Source: Candidatus Krakonobacterium acarorum
Lineage (GTDB): Bacteria > Bacteroidota > Bacteroidia > SolTP2
Direction of reading: 5' to 3'
DNA: 64,000 nucleotides
Assembly: GCA_050311575.1 (NCBI GenBank)
Contig: JBNOKO010000001.1
Coordinates: forward strand, 8,408 to 72,407
Positions 32,737 through 42,986 of the stretch are shown in pieces. How positions within the stretch are numbered: the first letter of the stretch is position 1; every line of letters starts with the position of its first letter. Below the pieces are notes generated by a model. The model was given only the letters and a program-made list of their open reading frames with translations, was not told the DNA's origin and ran no database searches. The position numbers and the translations under genes were made by a program.

Positions 32737-33963
32737 CTATTTAGAGGCTAACCATAATTCCGGATTAATATTCTTCGAACCTTGAGTAACAATAAATTGT
32801 ATTTCTGACAAACCTTCAGGATTAATCGAGGCCTTACCTATTACTTGATTCGTTTTGACTTTGCCCCCTCTTTTGACATTAACAGAAATCAAATTTGCAT
32901 AGGTAGTAAAATATTCTCCATGTTGTATTATAACAGCATAACGCCCATATAAAAGTTGTACAGCTATTACATCTCCATTAAATACGCTCATTATATTAGA
33001 ACCTGAAATTGTTTTTATATTAACACCTATATTATTAGTTTTAACTTTTTTTAATGAAGGATGCGGATGAGTCCCAAACTGCTCCACTATTTGGCCAAAA
33101 GATACCGGCCACGGCAATTTTCCTTTATTTTCCAGGAATTTAGATGACAGCTCCAATGCTGCAGGTGTAGATGCCAACAAACTTTTAGAAGTACTTTTTT
33201 TAGAAGCCGTCTTTTGTTTTGCTAACTGAATTTCTCGTTTTATAGCTCTCTGTATAGCTTCGTTCAAACTCTTTTGGTCTTTTTGTTTCTTTGCCAGATC
33301 CTTACGAAGCTTCGATTCTTCACTTTGTAACTGTTTAACTATTTTATTTTGTTGCTGCCAACTAATATCCAGCTTTCTCTTTTCTTTGATTTTAGAATTA
33401 ACCAAATAGTTTTTATTATTTATATTTTTTGCAATTTGAGCCAGTTTATTATCAAGTTCTTTAGTTTTATCATTAATCTCGTTGGCTTGTGCCCTCCTGT
33501 AAGAAGCTAATTGACTAAAGTATTGCATTCTTTTATAAGCTTGATTAAAATCTTTTGCTGAAAAAATAAAAACCAGCTTATTAATGATATTTCTACTATA
33601 CTGGGCTTGCTGTATAGTTTTAGCATAACTTAGCTTCATTAATTTTAACTGATTTTTTAGCGAATTGCTTTGATTAGTTTTAGATTTGATATCTATTTGA
33701 AGTAATTGTACTTCTTCGTTAATTGTTTTAATAAGTTTTTCGCGAGCCCTGATCTGCATTTTTAATATAGCTAAGGCTTCAGAAGAACTTTTCTTTTCTT
33801 TTAAAGTTTTTGAGAGAGACCTGTTTATAATATTAATCTCATTTTGAATACCTTTGCGTTTTTTTTCTAGCGTTTTTGAGTCTTGGGCAGCCACCTGTAG
33901 TGACAAAAACCAAAGCGACAATATTGTAAAAATTAAAATCGTATTCTTAAAAAATTTACCCAT
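32737..33963 (-). CDS. M23/LytM-domain protein with N-terminal coiled coil; catalytic His motif degenerate (EnvC-like murein hydrolase activator)
   Basis: Signal peptide, ~250 aa coiled-coil, C-terminal …IIQHGEYFTTYANL… but no terminal HxH; architecture as in EnvC. Confidence 0.7.
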   Translation of the reverse strand: MGKFFKNTILIFTILSLWFLSLQVAAQDSKTLEKKRKGIQNEINIINRSLSKTLKEKKSSSEALAILKMQIRAREKLIKTINEEVQLLQIDIKSKTNQSNSLKNQLKLMKLSYAKTIQQAQYSRNIINKLVFIFSAKDFNQAYKRMQYFSQLASYRRAQANEINDKTKELDNKLAQIAKNINNKNYLVNSKIKEKRKLDISWQQQNKIVKQLQSEESKLRKDLAKKQKDQKSLNEAIQRAIKREIQLAKQKTASKKSTSKSLLASTPAALELSSKFLENKGKLPWPVSFGQIVEQFGTHPHPSLKKVKTNNIGVNIKTISGSNIMSVFNGDVIAVQLLYGRYAVIIQHGEYFTTYANLISVNVKRGGKVKTNQVIGKASINPEGLSEIQFIVTQGSKNINPELWLASK

Positions 33964-34022
33964 ACACTTAAACTAACAAGATATACGTAGGAAATGCATT
34001 ACTATTAGAGATATCTTCATAA

Positions 34023-34793
34023 TTATTTTTTATCAGCAAGTTTTGTAATGCCGATATTACTAAAAACAAAATCCAGAGACATTATATATTCCCCATTTTT
34101 AGTGTCTATAAATACATTTTTAGCCAAATTGTCACTAGTAAAATTACTATAATTAATTTTTAAATAGCTTTGAACCTTATTTTTAGTAGATATAGATATG
34201 CTCATAGGCTTAGCGTATTTATTATATCGGGCCACAATTTCTAAAGCCGCATCTGGTTCATTTTTTAACGTATAAACGTTATCAACATATGCTATAGAAT
34301 TGTTTGCATATTCCCATAAATTTAAACCCAAGAACAAATTTTGTAAATCTTTTAGTTCAAATTTGATCGGCACATACTGATTAAAATAATTGTAGTTATA
34401 TTCTTGCGGCTCCTGAGATATTATATTAAGCTTTACTGAATCCTTATCTATATATACTTTTGCCACTTCAACAAATCCAAAAATACCTGCAGACACACTG
34501 ATTTGTTTTCCTAAAATATTTGTTATATCAACGTTTACTTTATTCAATTTAGATTGATTATTTATGGATAATAAACCTAAGGTCCTTATGCTAGTACCTT
34601 CTAAATTATTATTTATAGCAATAGATTTAAATGCATCTATATTTTCTATTTTGCCTTCTAGGCTTAAAGCATTGCTACTATTATTTTTATAATCGCGCCG
34701 GGTGTTTCTATTGCAGGAAAACATAGAAATCACGACTAGTAATAATGCAATATAAATATAAGGCAGAGCCTTAGTACTGAGAGAGCTAAACAT
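34023..34793 (-). CDS. Lipoprotein, likely DUF4292 (LolA-like) family
   Basis: Lipobox …MFSCN; 256 aa; placed between the M23/EnvC-like gene and dut, matching my recollection of a conserved Bacteroidota cluster; family call by context and size only. Confidence 0.4.
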   Translation of the reverse strand: MFSSLSTKALPYIYIALLLVVISMFSCNRNTRRDYKNNSSNALSLEGKIENIDAFKSIAINNNLEGTSIRTLGLLSINNQSKLNKVNVDITNILGKQISVSAGIFGFVEVAKVYIDKDSVKLNIISQEPQEYNYNYFNQYVPIKFELKDLQNLFLGLNLWEYANNSIAYVDNVYTLKNEPDAALEIVARYNKYAKPMSISISTKNKVQSYLKINYSNFTSDNLAKNVFIDTKNGEYIMSLDFVFSNIGITKLADKK

Positions 34794-34890
34794 TGATTTA
34801 AAACTATAAACTAAAAATTGTATATTGTAAGTTAGTAAAAAACACTAGATATTCTACAATACTCCCAATTATTGCTAAGTTGATTAATAA

Positions 34891-35346
34891 ATGAAGTTTA
34901 AATTTATATATATAATAAGTCTATTGATATTTTTTTCATGCAAAAAAGACACAAGCTATTTCGATTCAGAATTATCACAGATTAAAGATCTGATAAAAAA
35001 AGAAAATATAACCCCTATAGAATCAGATGAAAATAATGGTGTATTTTATAAGCTGATGAAGGATTCAGGTACTGAAAGCATTCATCCAGGAAAAGGATCT
35101 TATATATCAGTCCAATATAGCATAAAGTATATCAATGGAACTACTGCCAAATCTGATACAAAAGCCGAGCTATATCTTTACGAAGCACCTAAATCGTGGC
35201 AACTAATTTTGCCTAAAATGAAGGAGAAACAAGAAATGATTATAATATCTACTTCTAATATCTCTTATAGTAAAAAAATTACTGATGGCTTAAACACAGA
35301 TAAGCAACCATTATATTTTTATATTAATTTGTTATCTATAAAGTAA
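34891..35346 (+). CDS. Lipoprotein with FKBP-like (peptidyl-prolyl isomerase-like) domain
   Basis: Lipobox …FFSCKK; NGVFYKLMKDSGT…GKGSYISVQYSIKYINGT…WQLILPKMKEKQEMIIIS aligns by eye to the FKBP fold (GLQYKVIKEGTG…VHYTGTLLDGT…). Confidence 0.4.
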   Translation: MKFKFIYIISLLIFFSCKKDTSYFDSELSQIKDLIKKENITPIESDENNGVFYKLMKDSGTESIHPGKGSYISVQYSIKYINGTTAKSDTKAELYLYEAPKSWQLILPKMKEKQEMIIISTSNISYSKKITDGLNTDKQPLYFYINLLSIK

Positions 35347-35358
35347 TTAAGGCCTCAA

Positions 35359-35796
35359 ATGGTTATACCAACTATTAATAACAGCAATAATGATTTGCCT
35401 TCTTACGAAACCCATGGAGCAGCGGGAATGGATTTAAGGGCTTACCTACCCAATAGTAGCGTGGTTATCAACTCTATGGAGAGAAAGCTAATTAATACAG
35501 GCATAAAAATGGAAATACCTAAAGGTTATGAGGGCCAAATAAGACCAAGAAGCGGCCTGGCTTTAAAAAGCGGTATCACTGTATTAAATACTCCTGGAAC
35601 TATAGATTCAGATTTTAGAGGCGAAATCCAAATATTACTAATTAATTTAAGCCAGGAACCTTTCACTGTAAATAATGGAGATAGAATTGCACAAATAGTG
35701 TTTTCTAAATATGAAAGTGCTACTCTTTCCTTATCAAATCAACTAAGTGATTCAAAACGTGGCGACCAAGGTTATGGTCACACAGGCATCAATTAG
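35359..35796 (+). CDS. dut: dUTP diphosphatase
   Basis: GAAGMDLRAY, RPRSGLALKSGITVLNTPGTIDSDFRGEI, VNNGDRIAQIVF motifs. Confidence 0.95.
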   Translation: MVIPTINNSNNDLPSYETHGAAGMDLRAYLPNSSVVINSMERKLINTGIKMEIPKGYEGQIRPRSGLALKSGITVLNTPGTIDSDFRGEIQILLINLSQEPFTVNNGDRIAQIVFSKYESATLSLSNQLSDSKRGDQGYGHTGIN

Positions 35797-36418
35797 AGAT
35801 AGAATCAACTATATTTATTAAATTTTTATTTAGATTTTCTATAGCTAGATTAATTTTCCAGCTATCTGTGTTACGCTCTGTAATATAATTAGAAACTGCT
35901 CTTAATTGCAGGCATTTAATATTTAATGCTTTGCATACATATAAAAACGCTGCACCCTCCATGCTTTCAAGCTGATAAGGGTAATTTTTCTTTACGCGAT
36001 CGATGCTGTTTTTTTCACCATGGACAGTATTAACCGTTATAGCGCTCGATCTGGGTAAGCTCTCAAGAATAAAGTCGTTTGTTATCAATCCTTGGTCGTT
36101 AATAATATCATCCTGAAAAAATGGCGCTTTGTGTATGGGTATGAATAAATTTTTATCTTCTATACCGAAGTCTGAAAAACAATCACTAACTACCTGGTGC
36201 ACTGACCCCAGGGGCATATTAAAATCAAAACTCCCTGCTATACCAGCATTTATTATCAGATTAAAATCGCAATCTGTTTGAAGAATTTTTCTAGTTAAAT
36301 TAAAAGCAGTTAAAACCTGACCGACACCTGTTATTAGTATATGTGTGCTGTTAGACTTAACTTTAGTTATAAATGGTAATATTTCAGCATGAGTGGCTGC
36401 TACTACTAAAATTTTCAT
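35789..36418 (-). CDS. PNP/MTA-nucleosidase family protein (futalosine hydrolase MqnB-like or MTA/SAH nucleosidase)
   Basis: 209 aa; MKILVVAATHAEILPF N-terminus and the SMEGAA-type motif (LESMEGAAFLYVC) of the PNP_UDP_1 fold. Confidence 0.5.
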   Translation of the reverse strand: MKILVVAATHAEILPFITKVKSNSTHILITGVGQVLTAFNLTRKILQTDCDFNLIINAGIAGSFDFNMPLGSVHQVVSDCFSDFGIEDKNLFIPIHKAPFFQDDIINDQGLITNDFILESLPRSSAITVNTVHGEKNSIDRVKKNYPYQLESMEGAAFLYVCKALNIKCLQLRAVSNYITERNTDSWKINLAIENLNKNLINIVDSISN

Positions 36419-36494
36419 TTAATTGAAGTATATTATATTTTCGAATATAATAATTTAACCTTTATATTTTCGGTTAAAACAAAAATTACTACAT

Positions 36495-37880
36495 ATGGAA
36501 TTTAGAGTAGATCATGATACAATGGGCGAAGTTAGAGTCCCTAAAGACAAATTGTGGGGAGCTCAAACGGAACGCTCACGTAATAATTTTAAAATTGGTG
36601 AAAAATCTTCTATGCCAATTGAAGTCATAAAGGGGTTTGGTTATTTGAAAAAGGCTGCAGCTCAAACTAATTTTGAGCTGGGAATTCTGGACAAAGAGAA
36701 AAGAGATTTGATTATAAAAGTATGCGATGAAATTATTGAAGGTAAGCTTGATGAACATTTCCCACTTGTAATATGGCAAACTGGTTCGGGGACACAAAGC
36801 AATATGAATGTCAATGAAGTTATAGCTAACCGCGCTGAGCAAATGCTAAATAAAAAGTTGGATGGATCAAAAACATTTATACATCCTAACGATGATGCAA
36901 ACAAATCGCAGTCTAGTAATGATACTTTCCCAACAGCAATGCACATTGCAGCTTATAATATTGTTACGCATAATACCATACCTGCTTTAGAAAAACTTAA
37001 AAACGCACTTACAGAGAAAGTAAATGAGTTTAAGGATATAGTAAAAATTGGTAGAACTCATTTAATGGATGCTACCCCACTAACTTTAGGGCAAGAATTT
37101 TCTGGCTATGAAGCCCAAATATCTTTTGGAATCAAAGCTTTAAAAAATACTTTGGAGCACCTATCCGAACTGGCTTTAGGAGGCACAGCTGTTGGAACCG
37201 GACTAAATGCGCCAAAAGGATACGCGGATAAGGTAGCTAAAAACATTGCTAAATATACTGGTTTATCACTTAAAAGTGCTCAGAATAAATTCGAAGCGCT
37301 AGCCAGTCACGACGCTATAGTAGAAACTCACGGAGCCTTGAAACAAATTGCTGTTTCTCTAATGAAAATTGCTAACGATATACGTATGATGGGATCCGGC
37401 CCAAGGTCTGGAATAGGTGAGCTGTTATTGCCGGAAAATGAGCCTGGTTCGTCTATAATGCCAGGCAAGGTTAATCCTACTCAATGCGAGGCTTTAACTA
37501 TGGTATGCGCTCAGGTTATGGGCAACGATGTTGCGATATCTGTAGGAGGTGCAACCGGCCATTATGAGTTAAATGTGTTTAAACCTATGATTATAGCTAA
37601 TTTTATTCAGTCAGCGCGTTTAATTGGAGATGCGGTAGTTTCTTTTGTTGAACACTGTTTATTAGGAACTAAAGCTAACCAAAAGGAAATAACTAATAAG
37701 CTTAATAATTCTCTAATGTTAGTTACTGCTCTAAATACCCATATAGGCTACGAAAATGCAGCAAAAATATCAAAATACGCTTATGCTAATAACACAAGTT
37801 TAAAGGAAGCTGCAAAACATTTAAATTTAGTGTCTGAAACTGACTTTGATAATTGGGTAGATCCTAAAAAAATGATATGA
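36495..37880 (+). CDS. fumC: Fumarate hydratase class II
   Basis: [11 protein letters not shown] signature; N-terminus [26 protein letters not shown] matches FumC rather than AspA. Confidence 0.88.
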   Translation: MEFRVDHDTMGEVRVPKDKLWGAQTERSRNNFKIGEKSSMPIEVIKGFGYLKKAAAQTNFELGILDKEKRDLIIKVCDEIIEGKLDEHFPLVIWQTGSGTQSNMNVNEVIANRAEQMLNKKLDGSKTFIHPNDDANKSQSSNDTFPTAMHIAAYNIVTHNTIPALEKLKNALTEKVNEFKDIVKIGRTHLMDATPLTLGQEFSGYEAQISFGIKALKNTLEHLSELALGGTAVGTGLNAPKGYADKVAKNIAKYTGLSLKSAQNKFEALASHDAIVETHGALKQIAVSLMKIANDIRMMGSGPRSGIGELLLPENEPGSSIMPGKVNPTQCEALTMVCAQVMGNDVAISVGGATGHYELNVFKPMIIANFIQSARLIGDAVVSFVEHCLLGTKANQKEITNKLNNSLMLVTALNTHIGYENAAKISKYAYANNTSLKEAAKHLNLVSETDFDNWVDPKKMI

Positions 37881-38108
37881 GATAAAAATAGTCAAATTTA
37901 ATATTAATGTTCATAACTTTTTATTAAGTTAAAATCTGTATCAATACTTAATATAATTACAATAACTTATATTTGAGCTTAACTATAGTTGTTTAATTAT
38001 TTTTTAATATTTAATACGTACTGTGAGTTATAATAAATAATTAATTTGCTTGTGCATTTTAACTTTATTAACGTATTTTGCCTAAAGCATTAATTAAGTT
38101 GATTTAAA

Positions 38109-38903
38109 ATGAATAAAGTCATAGCTATAGCTAATCAAAAAGGTGGGGTTGGTAAGACAACTACTGCTATTAATTTGTCAGCAGGTCTTGCAATATTAGA
38201 CCAAAAAACCCTTTTGATAGATGCTGACCCACAAGCAAACAGCACTTCAGGTATAGGCATAAATCCTAAAGAAATTAAAGGCGGGACTTATGAATGCATA
38301 ATAAATGATCATTCTCCCAAGGAATATATACAAAAGACAAATATTAAAAATTTAGATATATTACCTGCTCATATTGATCTGGTTGGATCAGAAATAGAAA
38401 TTATAAACTTAAAAGATCGAGAGTATAAAATAAAAAATTTTTTAAAGCATATAATAGATGATTATAAATATATAATAATTGATTGTTCGCCGTCTTTAGG
38501 CCTAATAACCATAAATTCATTAGTCGCGGCAAATTCTGTTATTATCCCTGTACAGTGTGAATTCTTTGCTTTAGAAGGTCTGGGAAAATTGCTTAATACA
38601 ATTAAAATAGTACAAAATAGATTAAATAAGGAATTGCAAATAGAAGGCATTTTATTAACTATGTTTGATAAAAGACTACGATTATCCAATCAGGTGGTAA
38701 AAGAGGTAAGAAAGCATTTCCAAAAATTAGTATTTAATACAATAATATCTAGAAACACGAAACTAAGCGAGGCGCCTAGTTTTGGATTGCCAGTGGTTAT
38801 GCACGATGCTATATCGGCTGGTGCGGTAAATTATTTAAATTTAGCTAATGAAATAATAGACAGAACCATGCAATCAAATCATAGACTTGTAGCAACCAAC
38901 TAA
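38109..38903 (+). CDS. parA: Chromosome partitioning ATPase ParA/Soj
   Basis: Deviant Walker A KGGVGKTTTAINL; 264 aa. Confidence 0.9.
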   Translation: MNKVIAIANQKGGVGKTTTAINLSAGLAILDQKTLLIDADPQANSTSGIGINPKEIKGGTYECIINDHSPKEYIQKTNIKNLDILPAHIDLVGSEIEIINLKDREYKIKNFLKHIIDDYKYIIIDCSPSLGLITINSLVAANSVIIPVQCEFFALEGLGKLLNTIKIVQNRLNKELQIEGILLTMFDKRLRLSNQVVKEVRKHFQKLVFNTIISRNTKLSEAPSFGLPVVMHDAISAGAVNYLNLANEIIDRTMQSNHRLVATN

Positions 38904-38913
38904 TTAACTAAAT

Positions 38914-39825
38914 ATGAGTTCAAAAAAAACATCTCTAGGAAAAGGTCTGGAAGCTTTACTCAAAGATAGTTACCTTTATAATACTAGCTCACAGCCATCA
39001 GAGCGAAGGAGCGTAGCATTTATTCCAACTAATAAAATACAAACAAACCCATTCCAACCACGTAAGGAGATTAAGCATGAAACTCTTGTAGAATTATCTG
39101 AATCTATTAAGGTACACGGTCTAATACAACCAATTACAGTTAGAGAAATTAAAAATGGCTCTTATCAACTAATATCTGGAGAGCGTAGATTAAAAGCTTC
39201 AAAAATGGCTATGGTAGAAGAAGTACCTGTATACATAAGAACTGCCAATGACCAGGATATGCTAGAGATGGGGCTTGTAGAAAATGTTCAACGAGAAGAT
39301 TTAAATGCCATAGAAATAGCTATATCTATAAAGCGAATAATCGAAGAGTGTAACTTAAAACAAGAAGAAGTAAGTACCAGATTAGCAAAAAGTAGATCTA
39401 CTATAACTAACTATCTACGTTTATTAAAACTAGCACCGGAAATACAGATTGCAATATCAAATAATGATATAAGTATGGGCCACGCGAAAGCTCTCCTAAG
39501 CGTTCAAAATAATTTATTACAAGTAAAGCTATTTAGAAAAACTATAAAACAAAATTTATCAGTTAGAAAGCTGGAAGAGCTTATAAAAAATTCTATTGAA
39601 TTAAAGGAAGAGAAAATAAAAGTAGAAAGCAATATATCAACTGACGAACAACAATCATTATGTAAGGGTATAGAGAAAATGATTATACAAAAAACCGGCA
39701 TAGAACCCAAGGTGAAAATTAATATAAATTCATACAAGGGCGAGATTAAATTTATAATAAATTCCAAAAGCGAATTAGAATATCTTTCATCGATATTTGA
39801 AGGTTTGCAGGATAATCAATTATAA
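38914..39825 (+). CDS. parB: Chromosome partitioning protein ParB/Spo0J
   Basis: ParB N-terminal box (GERRLKAS) and HTH; directly after parA. Confidence 0.9.
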   Translation: MSSKKTSLGKGLEALLKDSYLYNTSSQPSERRSVAFIPTNKIQTNPFQPRKEIKHETLVELSESIKVHGLIQPITVREIKNGSYQLISGERRLKASKMAMVEEVPVYIRTANDQDMLEMGLVENVQREDLNAIEIAISIKRIIEECNLKQEEVSTRLAKSRSTITNYLRLLKLAPEIQIAISNNDISMGHAKALLSVQNNLLQVKLFRKTIKQNLSVRKLEELIKNSIELKEEKIKVESNISTDEQQSLCKGIEKMIIQKTGIEPKVKININSYKGEIKFIINSKSELEYLSSIFEGLQDNQL

Positions 39826-39881
39826 AACATAATAAACATTACGTGTCTTCCACTATTTATTGTTGTTTTTTTTAAAACTTA

Positions 39882-40520
39882 ATGCTTTATCTGTTTAAAA
39901 TTACCACTTTATTAACCCTATTATTAATAGGAGTTTCTCAAATATGTGCATCTGCTAAACCTTCGCCTTTAATAAACACTGAAAACCAACTCGATAATAA
40001 TACCTCGGGTAATAGTATAAATACTAAACAAATAAACTCAGAGTTTGTAAAGCAAAAATATTGGGTACAATCTCTTGTATTGCCTGGCTTAGGTCAAATT
40101 AAAAATAAAAAATACTGGAAGCTCCCAATTATATATGGTGGATTTGGTGCTTTAGCTTACTCAATAGTATGGAATAACGGATATTATAACGACATGATAA
40201 ACGAATATAAAGCAAGGACAGAGAACAATACAAACCTAAAACCTAACCCTATATATGATAATGTTCCGCTTAATCAGTTTATAAATGCTGCTAATTACTA
40301 TAAGCGCAATCTAACTTTATCTGTTATTGTAGCTATAGCTTTATACGGTTTACAAATTATAGATGCTTATGTAGATCAGGAACTTGCTAAATTTGAAGTT
40401 AATGACAATTTAGCCCTAAAAATATCTCCTCATATTAATAACTTTGCATATAGAAATTATAAGGATACTATAAGCGTCCCTTATGGATTAAAACTAAGTT
40501 TAAGTTTAAACATAAATTAA
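39882..40520 (+). CDS. DUF5683-family protein (Bacteroidota-specific, follows parB)
   Basis: Signal peptide; motif LVLPGLGQIKNKKYWKLPIIYGG characteristic of DUF5683. Confidence 0.6.
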   Translation: MLYLFKITTLLTLLLIGVSQICASAKPSPLINTENQLDNNTSGNSINTKQINSEFVKQKYWVQSLVLPGLGQIKNKKYWKLPIIYGGFGALAYSIVWNNGYYNDMINEYKARTENNTNLKPNPIYDNVPLNQFINAANYYKRNLTLSVIVAIALYGLQIIDAYVDQELAKFEVNDNLALKISPHINNFAYRNYKDTISVPYGLKLSLSLNIN

Positions 40521-40537
40521 ATTATAATTATCAATTT

Positions 40538-41278
40538 ATGAAAATAGCATTAATAGGGTATGGAAAAATGGGCAAACTAATAGAGAGTTTTGCAATAGAT
40601 CAAGGCCATACTATAGAGCTAACAATAGGATCTGAAAATACCAGTGATTTAACTATAGATAAACTAAAAAAATGTGATATAGCTATAGAATTTAGTACTC
40701 CTAATAGTGCACTGGAGAATATATTAACGTGTGTAAATGCACGAATTCCACTAGTAGTTGGCACTACAGGCCAATGGTATGAACAATTAGATTTAGTAAA
40801 AAAAGAAGTAGAAGCAAACAAAACAGCGTTATTATATGCAACTAATTTTAGCATAGGAGTCAATATATTTTTTGCTATAAATAACTATTTAGCGGAAATA
40901 ATGAAATCATACAATAATTATAATCCTGAAATTGAAGAAATACACCATACTCAAAAAAAAGATTCACCGAGCGGGACTGCGATCACTATTGCTAATGGAA
41001 TTTTATCAAGATTAACAAATAAAACTAAATGGGAAAATATAGTCTTAAAAGATAATGAAAAACACCATTTTAGTAATGATACTTTGCAAATAAAATCAGT
41101 TAGAAAAGATCCTGCACCTGGCACACATATAGTAAAATATATATCCCCAACAGACACTATACAAATTTGTCATGAAGCTTTTAATCGCAATGGGTTTGCT
41201 TTAGGTTCTGTGTTAGCTGCAGAATGGCTACATGGAAAAAAAGGAATATTTACTATGGAAGACATCATAAAATTTTAA
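40538..41278 (+). CDS. dapB: 4-hydroxy-tetrahydrodipicolinate reductase
   Basis: MKIALIGYGKMGKLIE Rossmann start; 246 aa; conserved parB-DUF5683-dapB-lepB order. Confidence 0.85.
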   Translation: MKIALIGYGKMGKLIESFAIDQGHTIELTIGSENTSDLTIDKLKKCDIAIEFSTPNSALENILTCVNARIPLVVGTTGQWYEQLDLVKKEVEANKTALLYATNFSIGVNIFFAINNYLAEIMKSYNNYNPEIEEIHHTQKKDSPSGTAITIANGILSRLTNKTKWENIVLKDNEKHHFSNDTLQIKSVRKDPAPGTHIVKYISPTDTIQICHEAFNRNGFALGSVLAAEWLHGKKGIFTMEDIIKF

Positions 41279-41289
41279 AAACGAATAAA

Positions 41290-42399
41290 ATGTATTACAA
41301 CAGATATAAGAATAACAAAGAGAAAAAAAATATTATCAAAGAGTGGACGATAGCCATAATAATTGCTCTCCTAGCTGTTATACCAATACGTATGTTCATA
41401 GTAGAAGCCTATAACATACCTTCATCGTCTATGGAGAAAACTCTGCTTACAGGTGATTTCCTCTTGGTAGAAAAATTATCTTATGGGCCCAGACTCCCTA
41501 TAACGCCTCTGGCTGTTCCTCTTACCCATCAATCCTTTCTAGGGATGCAGGCTTATTCTTCTAACATACAGTTTAACTACAGGCGCATTAAAGGCTTAAA
41601 CGCTATTAAACACAACGATATAGTAGTATTTAACTATCCACAAGATAAAATTGCTGACAATATATATCGCCCTATAGATAAAAAAGAAAATTATATAAAA
41701 CGATGTATTGGCCTGCCTGGAGACATTATAAGTATAAAAAACAGTCAGAGCTATATAAACAATAAAAAAATCAGTGACCCAAACAATCTACAATATGCAT
41801 ATATAATAAACACTAATGGTAGAATGTTTAATAATAAATTATTAGAAGACAATGACATATTTTTACAAATAATACAAAATAATTTATATTACGGTTTCTT
41901 AACGAATAAGCAAGTAGGTATTCTTAAAAACCTGGATAACGTAATCAAAATAGAAAAAGCGATTATCAGAGAAAAAGTATCTTCCAGTGAAGTTTTTCCA
42001 CATAAGATAAACGAATATAAATGGAATATAGACAATTTCGGGCCGTTATGGATACCTGCAAAAGGTGAAACAATAAAACTTACTATTAAAAATTTACCGC
42101 TATATAGTTTAGTGATACAAGATTATGAACACAACAATCTAGAAGTCAAGAATAATAAAATATATATAAATGGAATTGAGACCAATCAATATACTTTTAA
42201 GATGGATTATTATTTTATGATGGGTGATAATAGGCACAATTCTCTAGATTCAAGGTATTGGGGTTTCGTTCCTGAAGATCATATAGTTGGGAAACCATTA
42301 TTAATATGGCTATCTCTAAACCCAAGAAAAACATTCTTAAATAAAATAAGATGGAGCAGATTGTTTAAAAAAGTCCAAGACTCTGATCCTAATAATTAA
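41290..42399 (+). CDS. lepB: Signal peptidase I
   Basis: SSSMEKTLLTGDFLLVEK (catalytic Ser box), GDNRHNSLDSRYWGFV (box E); ORF starts at 41224 overlapping dapB, but the TM-containing start MYYNRYK at 41290 is more plausible. Confidence 0.85.
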   Translation: MYYNRYKNNKEKKNIIKEWTIAIIIALLAVIPIRMFIVEAYNIPSSSMEKTLLTGDFLLVEKLSYGPRLPITPLAVPLTHQSFLGMQAYSSNIQFNYRRIKGLNAIKHNDIVVFNYPQDKIADNIYRPIDKKENYIKRCIGLPGDIISIKNSQSYINNKKISDPNNLQYAYIINTNGRMFNNKLLEDNDIFLQIIQNNLYYGFLTNKQVGILKNLDNVIKIEKAIIREKVSSSEVFPHKINEYKWNIDNFGPLWIPAKGETIKLTIKNLPLYSLVIQDYEHNNLEVKNNKIYINGIETNQYTFKMDYYFMMGDNRHNSLDSRYWGFVPEDHIVGKPLLIWLSLNPRKTFLNKIRWSRLFKKVQDSDPNN

Positions 42400-42635
42400 G
42401 AGGTTTTATTCAACTGAGTTTTTTTTGTGATAGTTTTTATTCCTACAAATAATAAACTAAACGCAGAAAATGGTTGTAATATATAAACAAATATACCTTT
42501 AAATAATACTTCTGTTGCTGTTTTATCATGGGTATAATAAGCAAACTGTTTTATAGTTATGACGTTTAATATACATATTGCTACACTTAGTAATATTAAA
42601 AACAATGCTATTATAAATGGCTTTAATATTTTCAT
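42396..42635 (-). CDS. Small hypothetical membrane protein (2 TM)
   Basis: 79 aa ORF with two hydrophobic helices; overlaps the lepB stop by 4 bp; no recognisable family. Confidence 0.3.
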   Translation of the reverse strand: MKILKPFIIALFLILLSVAICILNVITIKQFAYYTHDKTATEVLFKGIFVYILQPFSAFSLLFVGIKTITKKTQLNKTS

Positions 42636-42827
42636 GATCTAATTGATAATTATTATTATTAAGGATACCAAAGATAAAAATAAGAATATTTACACACAAC
42701 TTATTATCAACATTTTTAATGTTTTTACCAACATGGCTCGCCTAAACGAATTACTACTTCAAAAATAGATCCAAGTTATTTTTAGCTTACATATTATTTT
42801 AATATTCTACTTTAATTACAATAGCTT

Positions 42828-42842
42828 ACAGTTTTAAACTGT
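42828..42842. promoter_or_regulatory. Perfect inverted repeat ACAGTTT-t-AAACTGT about 145 bp upstream of clpB; candidate operator
   Basis: Read directly; 7-bp arms exact reverse complements; does not match the CIRCE consensus. Confidence 0.3.
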
Positions 42843-42986
42843 TATAATTAATAACACTGACAAAACGACTAAATGGCATTTGATAATACTATGGCCGCCT
42901 ATTTGTTATAAGTTATATTAAAATTTTATTTTTTATTTTCATAATCTAAATCATATATTTTCACTAACTAACCACTTATTAAATAT

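Noticed and set aside
37881-38108. Looked for parS (TGTTNCACGTGAAACA) near parAB
   Set aside because: No CACGTG core found in the parA upstream region or immediately after parB.
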